Source: Narcine bancroftii
Lineage: Eukaryota
Length of the DNA stretch: 64,000 nt
Assembly: GCF_036971445.1 (NCBI RefSeq)
Contig: NC_091471.1
Span: forward strand, 349,618,001-349,682,000
Direction of reading: 5' to 3'
The notes beneath the pieces were generated by a model. The model was not told where the DNA came from, searched no databases, and saw only the letters and a program-made list of their open reading frames with translations. Shown piece by piece: positions 37,386 to 49,690 of this stretch (within the stretch, counting starts at the first letter, position 1; each line of letters begins with the position of its first letter). Position numbers and translations under genes: made by a program.

Positions 37386-37794
37386 GTAAGGCCCCAGGAG
37401 GAGGTGGGTCACTCACTGGTCACATTCACCAATGTGCTGGTGGATGGGATTAGGGACAGGCTGAGCAGCGTTGACTGGGAACTTACCTGAGGACTAATTT
37501 GTTCCTGTGCCTGCTTCATGCCAGATCTGTGCATGGTCTAATAGACTGCAGCTGCTGGAAACATTATCCTTCAAGGCTTTGCCTTCTGTCCCAACAAAGG
37601 TGGGAAGTCACCAATGATTTCTAGACACCTCAATTTGTTGTCAGCTAAAAGCATGGTGAGGGCCATGTAAGCTGTGCAATAACCCTCTGGGTGGCAATAC
37701 CAGCTGGAGTAATCCTTCGGGAGTGGGAGTGGAGGTGGTGGGTGTGGGTTGTACCCTTTCTCTCCCTGATCTCCCTGTTTCCTCATCTCTCCAG

Positions 37795-37932
37795 GAGATC
37801 GAGGATGAGTCTGAACCTGCCAAGAAAGAGAAGACCCGATTCACGGTGAAGCTGGTCGAATTCAAGACAGCCGAGAAGGTGAAACTCATCAAAGAAGTGA
37901 AGAACTGTGTTCCAGGGCTGAACCTCGTGCAG
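37795..37932 (+). CDS. MRPL12: MRPL12 exon 4: [46 protein letters not shown]
   Basis: ccag acceptor and gtgagc donor. L7/L12 C-terminal domain 'KVKLIKE.K....G.NLVQ'. Confidence 0.95.
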
Positions 37933-38314
37933 GTGAGCCAACTCACAGAGGAGAAGAGTGGCCTTTTCCATAAAGACAGACTCCTCAGTGTTCAGGGCTG
38001 ACAGGGTGTTCTCTTGCCCCTTGACTTGGGTTGTGGATTCAAGTCACATTGCTGCGAGTGTGGTGCTGAGGGGGAGCAGTGCACATCTGCTCCGATGATT
38101 GTATAGTTGATCCACCTTGGTAGTCTGAAGAAAGGTGCGGGGATTTTCAATGGTTCCTTGTGAACAGACATCTTCCCTCAAGCAACACCACCACTACTGG
38201 AATGACTGATCAAGTTCACCTTGCTATTTGTGAGAGCTTTCTGTGCATAGAGTGCATGGTATACATGAACCATATACTGGGTTGGTGTCTGGCTACCCTG
38301 ACTGTGTTAAACTA

Positions 38315-38500
38315 TGTATTTGGTCTGTTTACACATCCTACCTGTGTGTTAGACCATGTAGTTGGTCTGTTTACACATCCTGCCTGTTACTCCCTGCCTG
38401 TGTTACAGGGTAGTTGGTCTGTTTACACACCCTGCCTGGTTACTTGGTAATTGGTCTGTTTACACACCCTGCCTGCGTTACACTATACTTGGTCTGCTCA
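38315..38500 (+). repeat. Degenerate tandem repeat TTGGTCTGTTTACACA(T/C)CCT(G/A)CCTG, 4-5 copies, in MRPL12 intron 4
   Basis: Copies near 38320, 38362, 38414 and 38451. Confidence 0.75.
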
Positions 38501-38626
38501 TACCCTTACTTCAGTGCTCCTTTCATTGGTCAGTGACGAGGTGCTGCATGTCACTGTTTCTCAGTGTTTGATGAGCCACAATTGAAGCTGTTTCACACCC
38601 TGATGTGATGTTCTTCTGCTCCTCAG

Positions 38627-38743
38627 GCCAAAAAGCTGGTGGAGTCGCTCCCTCAGGAGATGAAGTCCAATGTCTCAAAGGAAGAGGCAGAGAAGTTAAA
38701 GGCTGCACTTGAGGCAGCAGGTGGAACTGTGCAGATCGAGTAA
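38627..38743 (+). CDS. MRPL12: MRPL12 exon 5: [38 protein letters not shown]
   Basis: ctcag acceptor and TAA at 38741-38743. The spliced CDS totals 570 nt, giving 189 aa. Confidence 0.96.
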   Translation, partial: AKKLVESLPQEMKSNVSKEEAEKLKAALEAAGGTVQIE

Positions 38744-39028
38744 TTTCCAGTTTCCTGCCGATGTTCGGCCCTGAAGATGCGATTGAGACCAATTTAAAGG
38801 CCTTGGGGCCAATTGGTGTCACAGCTGCTATCCTGCATCCTGGGACTTAAAGTATTCAATGGAAAGTGTCGTTTGACCAAGATGTTGTTATAAATCTACA
38901 TATTGTGGTTTTATAACCACTGCTAAAGAGCTGGAGGATGGAGATTCTGTAAATGTTCACCATACCGCAGGCCCTCCTGGCTGCACCCCATTGAGTTCCA
39001 GCCACTCAGCTTGTCAATTCCATTCAAC

Positions 39029-39034
39029 ATTAAA
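39029..39034 (+). terminator. Candidate MRPL12 polyadenylation signal (ATTAAA variant)
   Basis: ATTAAA lies about 285 nt after the stop codon. I saw no AATAAA in that interval. Confidence 0.4.
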
Positions 39035-39284
39035 TAGGGAAAAGGGAGTATGTTTAGAAAAGCTGGCTGTATTTGATGTCCTCTGATTGAAGCTGCTTCA
39101 CAACGTGGGCTGTCAGTACCAAAACACAGAGCAGGGTCAGCCTGTGACCACTCAACGGGTTACAGGCCTCCAACTTAATTGTCTCTTGGTGCTCCCGATG
39201 CAGTCTCTGCATCGGAGTGTCCAAGCACAGGTACCTGGGTTCCAGAGCATCCGCACTCTGTTGGCTACAGCCCTCCCAGTTGCT

Positions 39285-40365
39285 GCCATTTCAACTTCAC
39301 CCCATTCACCAACCAGTCCGCCTTTGGCCTTCTCCATGCAAATACAAGGAATGCAACGTACCTGGGCAGCCTGAGGATGAACCATCACATTTTCCAATTC
39401 TAGGAATCCCTCACACATTGTATTCCCCTTCCCCTCCGACCCACATACCCCCCCCCCCGATCCCGCTGTTGGTTCACCTCCACCCCCTCCGATCCACACG
39501 CCCCCCCCCCCCACCCTGCTGGTTTCACCCCTACCCTGCTGATCTCACCCCAACCCCCTCTGACCCACATGCCCCCCCCCCCCATTGGTTCCCTCCCCCT
39601 CCAACCTGCACACTGCCCACTGGTTCCCTCCCCCTCCAACCTGCACACAGCCCACTGGTTCCCTCCTCCTCAAAGCTGCACACCCACCCATCTCCCCCAC
39701 TGATTCCATCCCCCTCCCCCCTCTGACCTACATTCCCCCACTGGTTCCATGCCCTACCCATCCAACCTGCATACCCCCCCACTGGTTCACTCCCTCTCTG
39801 ACCCACACCCCCTCCAGTGGCCCCATTCATCTCTCCCTCTTATGCACACAGCCCAACACTGGACCCATCAGCCCTTCACCTCTCCCTTGTGGTTCCTGTC
39901 AGCACCTTATTAGGTTGTCACTGTTCTTTGATCTTTCAGGTCTCACTCTGTCACTCTACCCCTCCAACCTGGGTCCATTTGCCTTTTTGTTTCTTCTCTT
40001 TGCTTCCATCTGTCACTCACCTCGTTTCAACCAAGGGTCCCGATGCAAAACGTTGACTGACCACCTCTCCTTATGGATGCTGCCTGGCCTGCTGAGCCTC
40101 TCCAGCTGCTTGTTTCTGGCATCCCACAGTACCCCTGTTTCTCTTGCCTTCCTCTGTCTCCCATCTCTGCCTGTCCCCCTCTCCCTACTGGTTCTCTCTC
40201 CACTCTGTCCTGATGCAGTGTCCACCTGAAATGCCAATTATTCCTTTCTAGTAATCTCTGCACCCCCCCCCCCCACAGAGGTTGCTCGACCCACTGAGTA
40301 CCCCCAACCCTCCAGTAAGTTCCCTCTTGCTCCAGATTACAGCATCTGTAGACTCCCGTGCCTCT
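39285..40365 (+). mobile_element. Highly decayed Penelope-like 3' region with an expanded C-rich tract
   Basis: Resembles the 34130-34890 segment and ends in the 'gatgctgcctggcctgctgag..ctccagc' terminal repeat. Confidence 0.55.
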
Positions 40366-40892
40366 GGAGAGAAGATGTGATGGGGGTAATTAGAGGATGG
40401 CCAGTTTTTACGGGACAGGAGAGGGTAGCTGTTCTCTTGGGGGATTAGACCATGGATAGAAAACGAGTGAAGTGTATGGAGGAAGCCAGTGTGATCTTGC
40501 TGCCTCTAGTTTGGTGCTGACAATTGATTGGTGCCTTCACAATCATATAATTCACAATATACACAGGCCATTTGGCTCATCACATCTGTGCCAGCTGGAA
40601 AAGGGCAATCTAGTCCAATACTACCTTTCACACTAGGTTACAGATTATGAAGTACACGTCTAGGCCCCTGTTCAATGTAGGGGGAGGGAAGGTTTGGTGC
40701 CTCCATTCCATCAGAGAATTCTCTCGTCACTTACATATTTAGTTTTGCTTCCCTTTCCCTGCCCAAAGGGTGGGGGAAGGAGAGGGGATGTCAACACAGC
40801 CTAGCCCTTCTTTCCTTGTTGTATTTAAGTGGGCATGAGAGGGAACCTTTTGCAGGATTAGGACAGACTGCCCACGAAGGTCTGGCATAGAC

Positions 40893-41740
40893 TTGACCCT
40901 TGTATTCCAGTGGGTTTTTTGTCTTCTCTTATTTTTTTTCATTGCCTTCTCCAATATATTTTCTCTTGTATATCTTAGGAATTTTACTAGAATGGATCTT
41001 GGTTTTTGTTGTGGTTGTGGTTTAGGGGCTAATGTTCTGTGTGCCCTTTCTATTTCCATTTCTTCCTGTAATTCTGGTCTTCCTAGGACCCTTGGGATCC
41101 ATTCTTTCATAAATTCTTTCATATTTTTGCCTTCTTCATCTTCCTTAAGGCCCACTATCTTTATATTGTTTCTTCTATTATAATTTTCCATTATATCTAT
41201 CTACTGAGCTAACAGCTCCTATGTTTCTTTAACTTTTTTATCAGATTCTTCTAATTTCTTTTTTAAGTCCTCTACTTCCATTTCTATGGCTGTTTCTCCT
41301 TCTTCCACCTTGTCTACTCTTTTTCCTATATCTGTCATGATCATCTCTAATCTATTCACTTTTTCTTCTGTACTTTTTATTCTTTTTATTTCACTGAATT
41401 CTTGTGTCTGCCATTCTTTTACTGTTTCCATATATTCTTTAAAAAAAATATATCCATGTACTTGCCCTTCCCTTCATCTTCCATTTCTCTGTGTTCTTCC
41501 TCCTCTTCTTCTGAGTCCACTCCAAGATCTGTGTCCTTTACCTCTGTCTCTTCTGGTTTTCTTGTTGGGTTGTTTATTTTGTTGGGTATTCTTGTTCTTC
41601 TTATTTTTATTAAAAATGTCTTGGTGTTAGTCTTCTTCCTCTGGGTTGGTCATCTGATATCCTATTTTTAGTCTCTTCCTTCTTGTTCTCGTTATTTTCT
41701 ATGTTTTCCTTTTGAGAGTCTTGCTGTTGTGTTGTCTTTT
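40893..41740 (-). mobile_element. Decayed L1 ORF1 fragment of the same family
   Basis: ORFs 40739..41191 and 41219..41431 ('MENYNRRNNIKIVGLKE', 'KEWQTQEF') match the ORF1 at 56992-58221, with frameshifts. Confidence 0.88.
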
Positions 41741-44700
41741 AATGTTGTCATTGTACCCTCCTCTCCCACTTCCTATTAGACAGCCTCTGGCGGTTCATTC
41801 CATTACCCCCACCATGCTTTGTGGAAAAAGTTGCCCCTCTGGTCACCATGAAACCTTACTGAGTACTTCAGGTGGTGATATTTCATCAAAATTCATCACC
41901 TTTTAAACGTTATCTCCTTGCCAGACTTTCTTTTATTTCAGATTTTCACCATCTGCGCTATTTTGCTCTGCGCCTCCACCTCGCGTTTGCCTTGACCTCC
42001 ATTGTTTGGTGTGTGTTATCTGCTCCTGAGCTCTGCCATGAGCTTCATTTCCCTCCTGCTGCCTCACCCAGCAGCAACCCAGTCATCACTGCTCTATCCA
42101 ACCTCGGGTTTGCCCAAAGACCATCCATTGTCATTGAGCACGGCCTGACAATAAGATGAAGAATTAATATTTTTAAAATGTAGATATATAGCACAGTTAC
42201 ATGCCCTTTCGTCCCAATTACACCCAAATGACCTATAACCCCTGGTGCATTTTGAAGGGTGGTAGGAAACTGGAGTCCCTGGGGAAAAAACCCGCGCAGA
42301 CATGGGGAGAACATAACAGTTCAGGATTCAAACCCCAATCCTACTCCATAGACGTGATGCTTCTCTCTCGAGTGAAATGTTTAATTGTTCCCCCACCCAG
42401 TCTTTTTTTTTGGGTGGAATTCCAGGCTGTAGCTGTCCTTTATATAACAAAGTGCTTCTGCTCTTTGAAACCCCCACCTCTTTCATCCACCCTGGCTCAA
42501 CAACTGACCTGAGGTAGATCCACTGGATTAATCTGGGCTCTGGTGCAGTGCCAAGGAGCTGCTATACTTTTGGACATGAAACCAAAGTGCTCTTGACTCA
42601 GCAGTCAGAAGAGATTATTGTTCACTGTGAGAGAGAATGTTATAACTGGATCAGAGGAACAAATCTGGAGAGGGGTTCCGGCTGCCCTGTGCCCACTCTG
42701 GGACTTGTACCTCTTCATTCCCCCAGTGAATATCAGGGATAGAAAATGATAATCTCAGTGATGGTTGAAGCTGGATGGGAAGATATATCTCACAGTTCAC
42801 AATGCCCTATTGTCTGAAATGACACCTAAGACGTCCTTTCACAGTGAAAGTGGTACACCTAGCTGGCAGATGATTTTACCTGGATGTTTGTTCATTGGGT
42901 AACTGCAGTCCAACCAATTGGAACGCAGCACCAGGTATGGAAGGACATGGCTGAGGAGAGTTGGCACACTGCCACAGCTAACTCAGAATGATGCCTAATC
43001 TCAGTTAATGGGCCATTAAACCCGAGGTTCAAGGTCTAAAGGCCACATTGGGATGGAGGGAGTTGGGAAATGTTTCTGGGTGTGAGAGGACAAGAAACTC
43101 ATGATTGACGAAGGTTTGAAATTGCAGGAAGTGGGGCCAGAAACCTTGAGATTAATTTGACTGGCCTTAGATTCAACACCGACAGGAAGGCATCAATGCA
43201 ATCAATAAAGTTCCACTCAGCAAGTTCTTCAAAGTCAGCCCAATGGATAATTAAAACAGAGTAAATTTGAAGTAATTGTAAACCTGGCATTGAATATGAT
43301 TGTAATTTTCTCCCTGCCTCTTGCAGGCTACAACTATACCTGTATCTAGAATGACCTGCAGAGGAAACTAGAAGCAGGCACCATTTTGACATTCCTAGGA
43401 TATTCAAACACATTTATGGATAGAAAGGGTGTGGATCAAATGCAGGCAAAGGGAACAAGCCCAGAATGCAAAGTTGGTCAACCTGGATGTGTTGGGCCGA
43501 AGAGCCTGTTCCCGTACGGTAGGACTGATTATTCTTAGGATCTTGCTTTGTCCAAATGCTGACAAGAGTTGCAGCAAACTATTTACCTGTGGAGGCATGA
43601 GTTTCAACCCAACTTCATCCTTACTCTCCAGAGGTCTGGACTCCGAGCCCTGTCCATTCCCCAGTGGGGTCACTTTCTTCCCATGGAGTTTGAAGTTGCT
43701 CCCCAACCATGTATTCTGCTCGGTTCAAGGGGAGTGCTGTGCTATACAGATACTGTATAGGGTCTGAAGAAGAGTAAGTGAGATCTCCCTGCTGGAATTC
43801 AGAAGAATAAGAGGGGATCTTAAAAATAAAATTATGAAAGGGATAGACCAGAGAGAGGCAGGAAAATTGTTCCCCTGTCAAGGAAGACTAGAACTAGCGG
43901 ACATGGCAAGATTCAATAGGTTTAGGACAGAGAAGAGGAGGAACTACTTTTCCCAGAGAGAAGTGTATCTGTGGAATTCTCTGCCCAAGGAAACAATGGA
44001 GCTGTTTAATATATTTAAAACACAAAAAGGATGTTGTAAAGCAGGGGAATTCTGGGGAAAGGGCAGGGAGGAGGAACTGAGTCCATGGTCAGGTCAGCCA
44101 TGATCTTATTAGATGGAGAACCAGGCTTGACAGGCCAAATCCTGCTCTGATTTCATGTGCATGTTATGTTCCCTGACCAATATTTAACCTTCGCGGAGGT
44201 GCTAGTTTTTGCTGTGCTTGAATTGCCCTACATGGCAACAGTCACCCAACTGCACAGGGTCAGAACAGCAAACAGCACAGAGGAACCTGGCCCCAAATTT
44301 CTTGCTTGTTCTTCTGCCAAGCATTCAGATTTCCTTTTATCCCTTACCACTGCAATATTTAAATGTATATTGAATGTCTAATTAAAATTTAACCAGTGCT
44401 TTCTCATACAGTAAATTCAAAATCCTACCCACACCTTGTTTTATAAACAATTTCCTCCCCTGCCTTATTGAATTCTGATAGGACAAGAGAGTAAATGGAC
44501 GTCCTTTGGAGCATTGATGTACAGGGAGACCTTGGAGTGCAAGTTCATAGGTTCCTGAAAGTGGTGACACAAGTGGATAGAGTAGTAAAAAAAAGCATTA
44601 TTCGTATGCTGGTCTTGATAAGCTGTGGGAATAAGGATTATCTACCGCTGGCTCACCCTACCTTTACTCTCCTTGGAATGTGGTTTTGTTGAGCACTGTG

Positions 44701-45717
44701 AAAAATCTCTGTGAAAGACTTTGTTCCTTAACTATTCCACCATATGGCCCATGCTCCCTTAGCCAACTCATTCCTCATTGCAATGCAAGTGTCTCTTGGG
44801 TGTGGATGCAGGAAAGAATCTTGCAGGGAGTCGATGGCAATGTGTTGGGGGGGGGGGGAGAGAAGAATTGTGATTTATTGTGGTATTATGTAAAAATGGG
44901 TGGTTGGTGGATAGCACAGATGTGATGGGCTGAAGGGCCCGTTCCTGTGCTCCACCTCTTTCTGGATGACTACATTTCAAGTTATGTCCAATGAGGAGGG
45001 AAAGGACTGGTTCTAAGTTCACAAACAGTTTTGTTTTCCCCAATGGGTTTCAGGCTCTTGAACCTCCCCTTCCTACTCTAATCACAAAGCTACCATTAAA
45101 AAGACACGTCTGCACTATTGGAATCCAACTATTTTTCATACTCTACTGTATGCTTTTGGAGTTCACAAAGTAATCAGCTCATTGTCATACACATAAGTGC
45201 AACATACTTACTGTATGCTCAAAATACTTACTTGCTACAGCCAACAAGGAAGATTCGAGCAAGGATTAACTTTGGGCACATTACATTGTGCATGCCAATA
45301 AAGTCATGCCAATAAAGTCAAGCCACCTTTATTTGTTGTTCATACCATGCTTTGCACAGTAAAGATGAGATAGTATTTCTCAAGGGCTATGGTGCAGATT
45401 TACATAAATATAAGTTAAAATATTAAGACATATGCAGTACATGGTACACTATCCACATATGTTCTGGGCATTCAGGAGCCTGATGGCTTGGGCGGGGGGA
45501 GGGGGGGCAGGAAACTATTGCCCAGTCTGGATGTAAGGGCTCAAATACTACAGTACCCCCCTACCAGATGGCAGAAGGGAGAACAGTTTACATGAGGAGT
45601 GTGTGGAGTCCTTCACAATGTTTATTGTTTTCCACATTCATCAAGTGTTGTAGATGTCCATTGTGGTAGGAATAAAGCCCCCAATTTATTTTATACTGAC
45701 TTCACTATCCTCTAAAG

Positions 45718-47417
45718 CAGACATGTCAAACTCAGGCCCATGGGCCAAATTTGGCCCGTGATATAATTATATTTGGCCCGCAAGATCATATCAAATATGT
45801 ATTGGAGATGGCCCGCTGGCCGCCGCGCCAGTAGAGCGCATGCACAGCTAATACTACAAATCCCAGAATGCTTTGCAAATGCATTGGCGCCGGCCCGTCA
45901 GCCTGCTAATCGCCCCCACCTCCTCTCTTTCATTAGCATCTGTGACCTGTCGCCCAACTCACATGTAATAAACCCCTTACGAAAAATGGCCAAACGAGAG
46001 ATAGAAAACAGGACCTTTCAAGACAGGTGGGAGGAAAACTCTGACCCCAGACTTTGATGAACTTGCATCTAAGAAGAGATGCCAAGTATCTGCTTTAGAC
46101 CCAGGTGCATCAGAGTAAATCACAGTGTAGCTTGGATTAATATTTTCTTTGGTTAACTTTGGACTGTTCATAGTTGAAAGATTGGATTTTCATTGAAGCA
46201 AGTTGTTATTTTTTTGACTTGTTGGCTTGTGGAAAAAAAAACATTTAAAAGGAGCTTAATGTTTGGCCTGGAAGTCAGCCTGAAGAAAACTGAGGTCCTC
46301 CATCAGCCAGCTCCCCACCATGACTACCAGCCCCCCCACATCTCCATCGGGCACACAAAACTCAAAACGGTCAACCAGTTTACCTATCTCGGCTGCACCA
46401 TTTCATCGGATGCAAGGATCAACAATGAGATAGACAACAGACTCGCCAAGGCAAATAGCGCCTTTGGAAGACTACACAAAAGAGTCTGGAAAAACAACCA
46501 ACTGAAAAACCTCACAAAGATTAGCGTATACAGAGCCGTTGTCATACCCACACTCCTGTTCGGCTCCGAATCATGGGTCCTCTACCGGCATCACCTATAG
46601 CTCCTAGAATGCTTCCACCAGCGTTGTCTCCACTCCATTCTCAACATTCATTGGAGCGACTTCATTTCCAACATGGAAGTACTTGAGATGGCAGAGGCCG
46701 ACAGCATCGAATCTATGCTGCTGAAGATCAAACTGCGCTGGGTAGGTCACGTCTCCAGAATGGAGGACCATCGCCTTCCCAAGATCGTGTTATATGGCGA
46801 GCTCTCCACTGGCCACCGAGACAGAGGTGCACCAAAGAAGAGATGCAAGGATTGCCTAAAGAAATCTCTTGGTGCCTGCCACATTGACCACCGCCAGTGG
46901 GCTGATCTCGCCTCAAACCGTGCATCTTGGCGCCTCACAGTTTGGCGGGCACCAACCTCCTTTGAAGAAGACCGCAGAGCCCACCTCACTGACAAAAGAC
47001 AAAGGAGGAAAAACCCAACACCCAACCCCAACCAACCAATTTTCACTTGCAACCGCTGCAACCATGTCTGCCAGTCCCGCATCGGACTTGTCAGCCACAA
47101 ACAAGCCTGCAGCTGACGTGGACATTACCCCTCCATAAATCTTCGTCCGCGAAGCCAAGCCAAAGAGAAAGGCCATAGAGAAATATTATTTATTGAATAT
47201 TTTATTTCTCATTTGTTAATGCTTCTTCTGGAAAGAGTTTAACCAAAACTATTATTAAACATTTATTTTAACAAGAAAAAGTTTAACATTACATATGTTG
47301 AAAGAAGAGAAAACATGCAGATGTTGTTGAAAATTTTCAATAAATATTTAGTTTGGCCTACGACTTAGTCCAAGTTTTTAATTTTGGCCCTCTGTGAATT
47401 TGAGTTTGACACCCCTG
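45718..47417 (+). mobile_element. Non-autonomous, internally deleted hAT (Charlie/Buster-type) DNA transposon
   Basis: TIRs CAGACATGTCAAACTCA and CAGGGGTGTCAAACTCA (reverse complement of 47401-47417). 8-bp TSD CTCTAAAG at 45710-45717 and 47418-47425. Transposase N- and C-terminal remnants at 45986-46118. Confidence 0.9.
46258..47168 (+). mobile_element. 5'-truncated RTE LINE with one premature stop, nested inside the hAT element
   Basis: ORFs 46193..46600 and 46673..47116 are nearly identical to the 6193..7215 protein. Confidence 0.92.
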
Positions 47418-48739
47418 CTCTAAAGGGTCATACGGTCTGAGCTTCCAAACCAGGCAGAGATGCAATTGCTCAGAATGCTCTCCATACATCCTCTGTAGAA
47501 TGTCGTGAGATTAATTTTCCTCAGCCTTTGCAGGAAGTAGAGGCGCTGCTGGGTTTTCTTGACTATGGACTAGGTGAGATTCTCCACCAAGTGCACATCA
47601 AGGAACTTGATACTTGACACCCTCAACGGTAGAGCCATCAATGGTCAGCAGAGAGTGATTCCCCGGGTCCTCCTGAACTCGTAATGATCAAAGACGCAGG
47701 GATATAGGGAGCAATTCCAGAGTTCAGACAAGAGACATTGGAGAATGCAGATGCCTGGTGAAAATTTCTGACCTGAAATGCTGTCATTCTTTTTCTCCCA
47801 CTGATGCTGCTTGAACTACTGAGTTCAGGATTTCGGTAGATGAAGGTATTGCTGGCAGCATATCAGCGATTACAACCTGAAATGTTAATGCCTCCTAACC
47901 ATGAAAGTGCAAATCAAGTTATTGTCATGGGCGTGTGTCATGAAATTTGTTACACGGTGTAGATCAAGGTTGCAAAATCACTATAAAAATTACAAGATTT
48001 TAAAACAAATAATGTGCAAAAAAAAAGATATAAAGTGAGATAGTGTCCTTTCAAGAATCTGATGGCAGAGGGGAAGAAGTTGTTTTTGTGCCACTGAGTG
48101 CTTAGCTTCAGGATCTTGTACCTTTCTCCCAGTGGTAGCAGTGTGAAGAGAGCATGGCCTAGTGGGAACATAGCCTCAGAGGCTGCTTTCTTGAGACACC
48201 ACCTCTTTTAGATGTCTGTGATGGATTGACGACCTGTTCCTGTCCTGTACATTGGCACCTTCATACCAGACAGCGATAATGCTCTCCACGTTTTGCAAGA
48301 GTCTTTGGTGAAATACCAAAGCCCCTCAAACACCTCATGAAGTATAGTTGCTTCTTCATGTGTTCCCAATGTCTTGAGATGAATTCAATGTGTTATTTTT
48401 TTAAAAAGCAAATTGAGATATTCAAAGAAATAAAGTGCAAAGCTCTTTATATTATTCATGGTCTTCACTCAATGCTTTCAGCGCTCCTAAGAGGCTATAT
48501 CTGCTCTGTAAAGAACACTGGTTGACCTGATGAGTTTCTCCAGCATTGTTCTTCTTCACAGAGTGTGGTGGGAACGTGGTATGAACAAACTTAAGAAAAG
48601 TTTGATAATGTTCAGGCGCCCGAAGATCGCTTTATGTATCTTTATCTTTGCTCTATAAAGTACACTTTGGACTTGCTGAGTTTCCCATGCATTCTATTTA
48701 CTGCATTCCCACCATCTCTCCTGGAGTTGCTGCAAACAG

Positions 48740-48967
48740 GAGCCGACTCGACTTCCTTTCGCACACAGCACGTGTCACAGAGACTGACCTGTCACTCAAC
48801 GCCCTGCGGCGGAGGCTTGCCTGCTATTGGAGGAGACCGCTGTCCATCATGGCCGGGCTGCGCTGCAGACACGCCCGAAGCGACTGACAGGGACGGGAGG
48901 AGCATTGGGCCGGCTGAAGATGCGCGTCTAACCGGGGAGGGAGAGATCCGGAGTCGCAGCCGCAGCG
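48740..48967 (+). promoter_or_regulatory. CpG-rich SLC25A10 promoter/5' UTR with an E-box (CACGTG, about 48769) and reverse CCAAT-type ATTGG boxes
   Basis: Local CpG enrichment immediately upstream of the ATG; motifs read directly from the sequence. Confidence 0.55.
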
Positions 48968-49057
48968 ATGGCGGAGAAGCGCATCTCCCGCTGGTATTTC
49001 GGAGGCTTGGCGTCGTGCGGGGCGGCGTGTTGCACCCACCCGCTGGATCTGCTTAAG
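48968..49057 (+). CDS. SLC25A10: SLC25A10 (mitochondrial dicarboxylate carrier) exon 1: MAEKRISRWYFGGLASCGAACCTHPLDLLK
   Basis: Carrier signature PxDxxK. 'RWYFGGLASCGAACCTHPLDLLK' is diagnostic of the dicarboxylate carrier. Good Kozak context (gcgATGG) and aag|gtgagc donor. Confidence 0.96.
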
Positions 49058-49064
49058 GTGAGCT

Positions 49065-49690
49065 CAACCTCTGGCTCTGCTCTGCTTCTGGAGCAGCGTG
49101 CCGGACCACCGGGCACGGGGTCCTCCCGGAGAGGTGTACCGGACTACTGGGTTCTGCCCTGCTCCCGGAGCAGCTTGCCAGACCACCAGGCACAGGAAGG
49201 AGGTCTCCCAGAGCAGCTTTGCAGACCACCAGGCTCTGCCCCACTTCAGGAGGGCCGTGCTGGACCACCAGGCTCTGCTTCGCTCCTGGAGTAGCGTGCC
49301 AGATCACCGGGCACGGGGGGAGTGGTCTTCCCTAGCGGTGTGCCGGACCACCGGATTCTTCCGCTCCTGGAGCAGCGTGCCACACCACCGGGCATAGGGG
49401 GAGTGGTCTCCTGGAGTGACGTGCCGGACCACCAGGTTCTGCCCTGCTCCTGGAGCAGTGTGCCGGACCACCGGGCATGGGGGAGTGGTCTCCCAGAGGG
49501 ATGTGTTAGACCACTGGGTTCTGCCCTGCACCCAGAGCAGCTTGCCAGACCACCAGGCACAGGAAGGAGGACTCCCTGAGCAGCATTGCAGACCTTTGGG
49601 TTTGTCCCCATTCCGGGAGCGGCATACTGAACCGCCAGGCGCTGCCCCACTTCGGGAGTGCCGTGCTGGACCTCTGGGCACAGGGGCTGC
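49065..49690 (+). repeat. GC-rich degenerate tandem repeat (CTGCTCCTGGAGCAGCGTGCCGGACCACCGGGCA core) at the start of SLC25A10 intron 1
   Basis: More than 10 recurrences of 'g(g/a)ccacc(a/g)gg' modules. Confidence 0.8.

Larger units (their letters stand above)
45320..47680 (-). mobile_element. Rex1/Babar-like LINE 3' fragment interrupted by the hAT element
   Basis: The minus strand near 47520-47555 encodes 'TQQRLYFLQRLR'. The sequence reads continuously across the hAT TSD. Boundaries are approximate. Confidence 0.65.
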
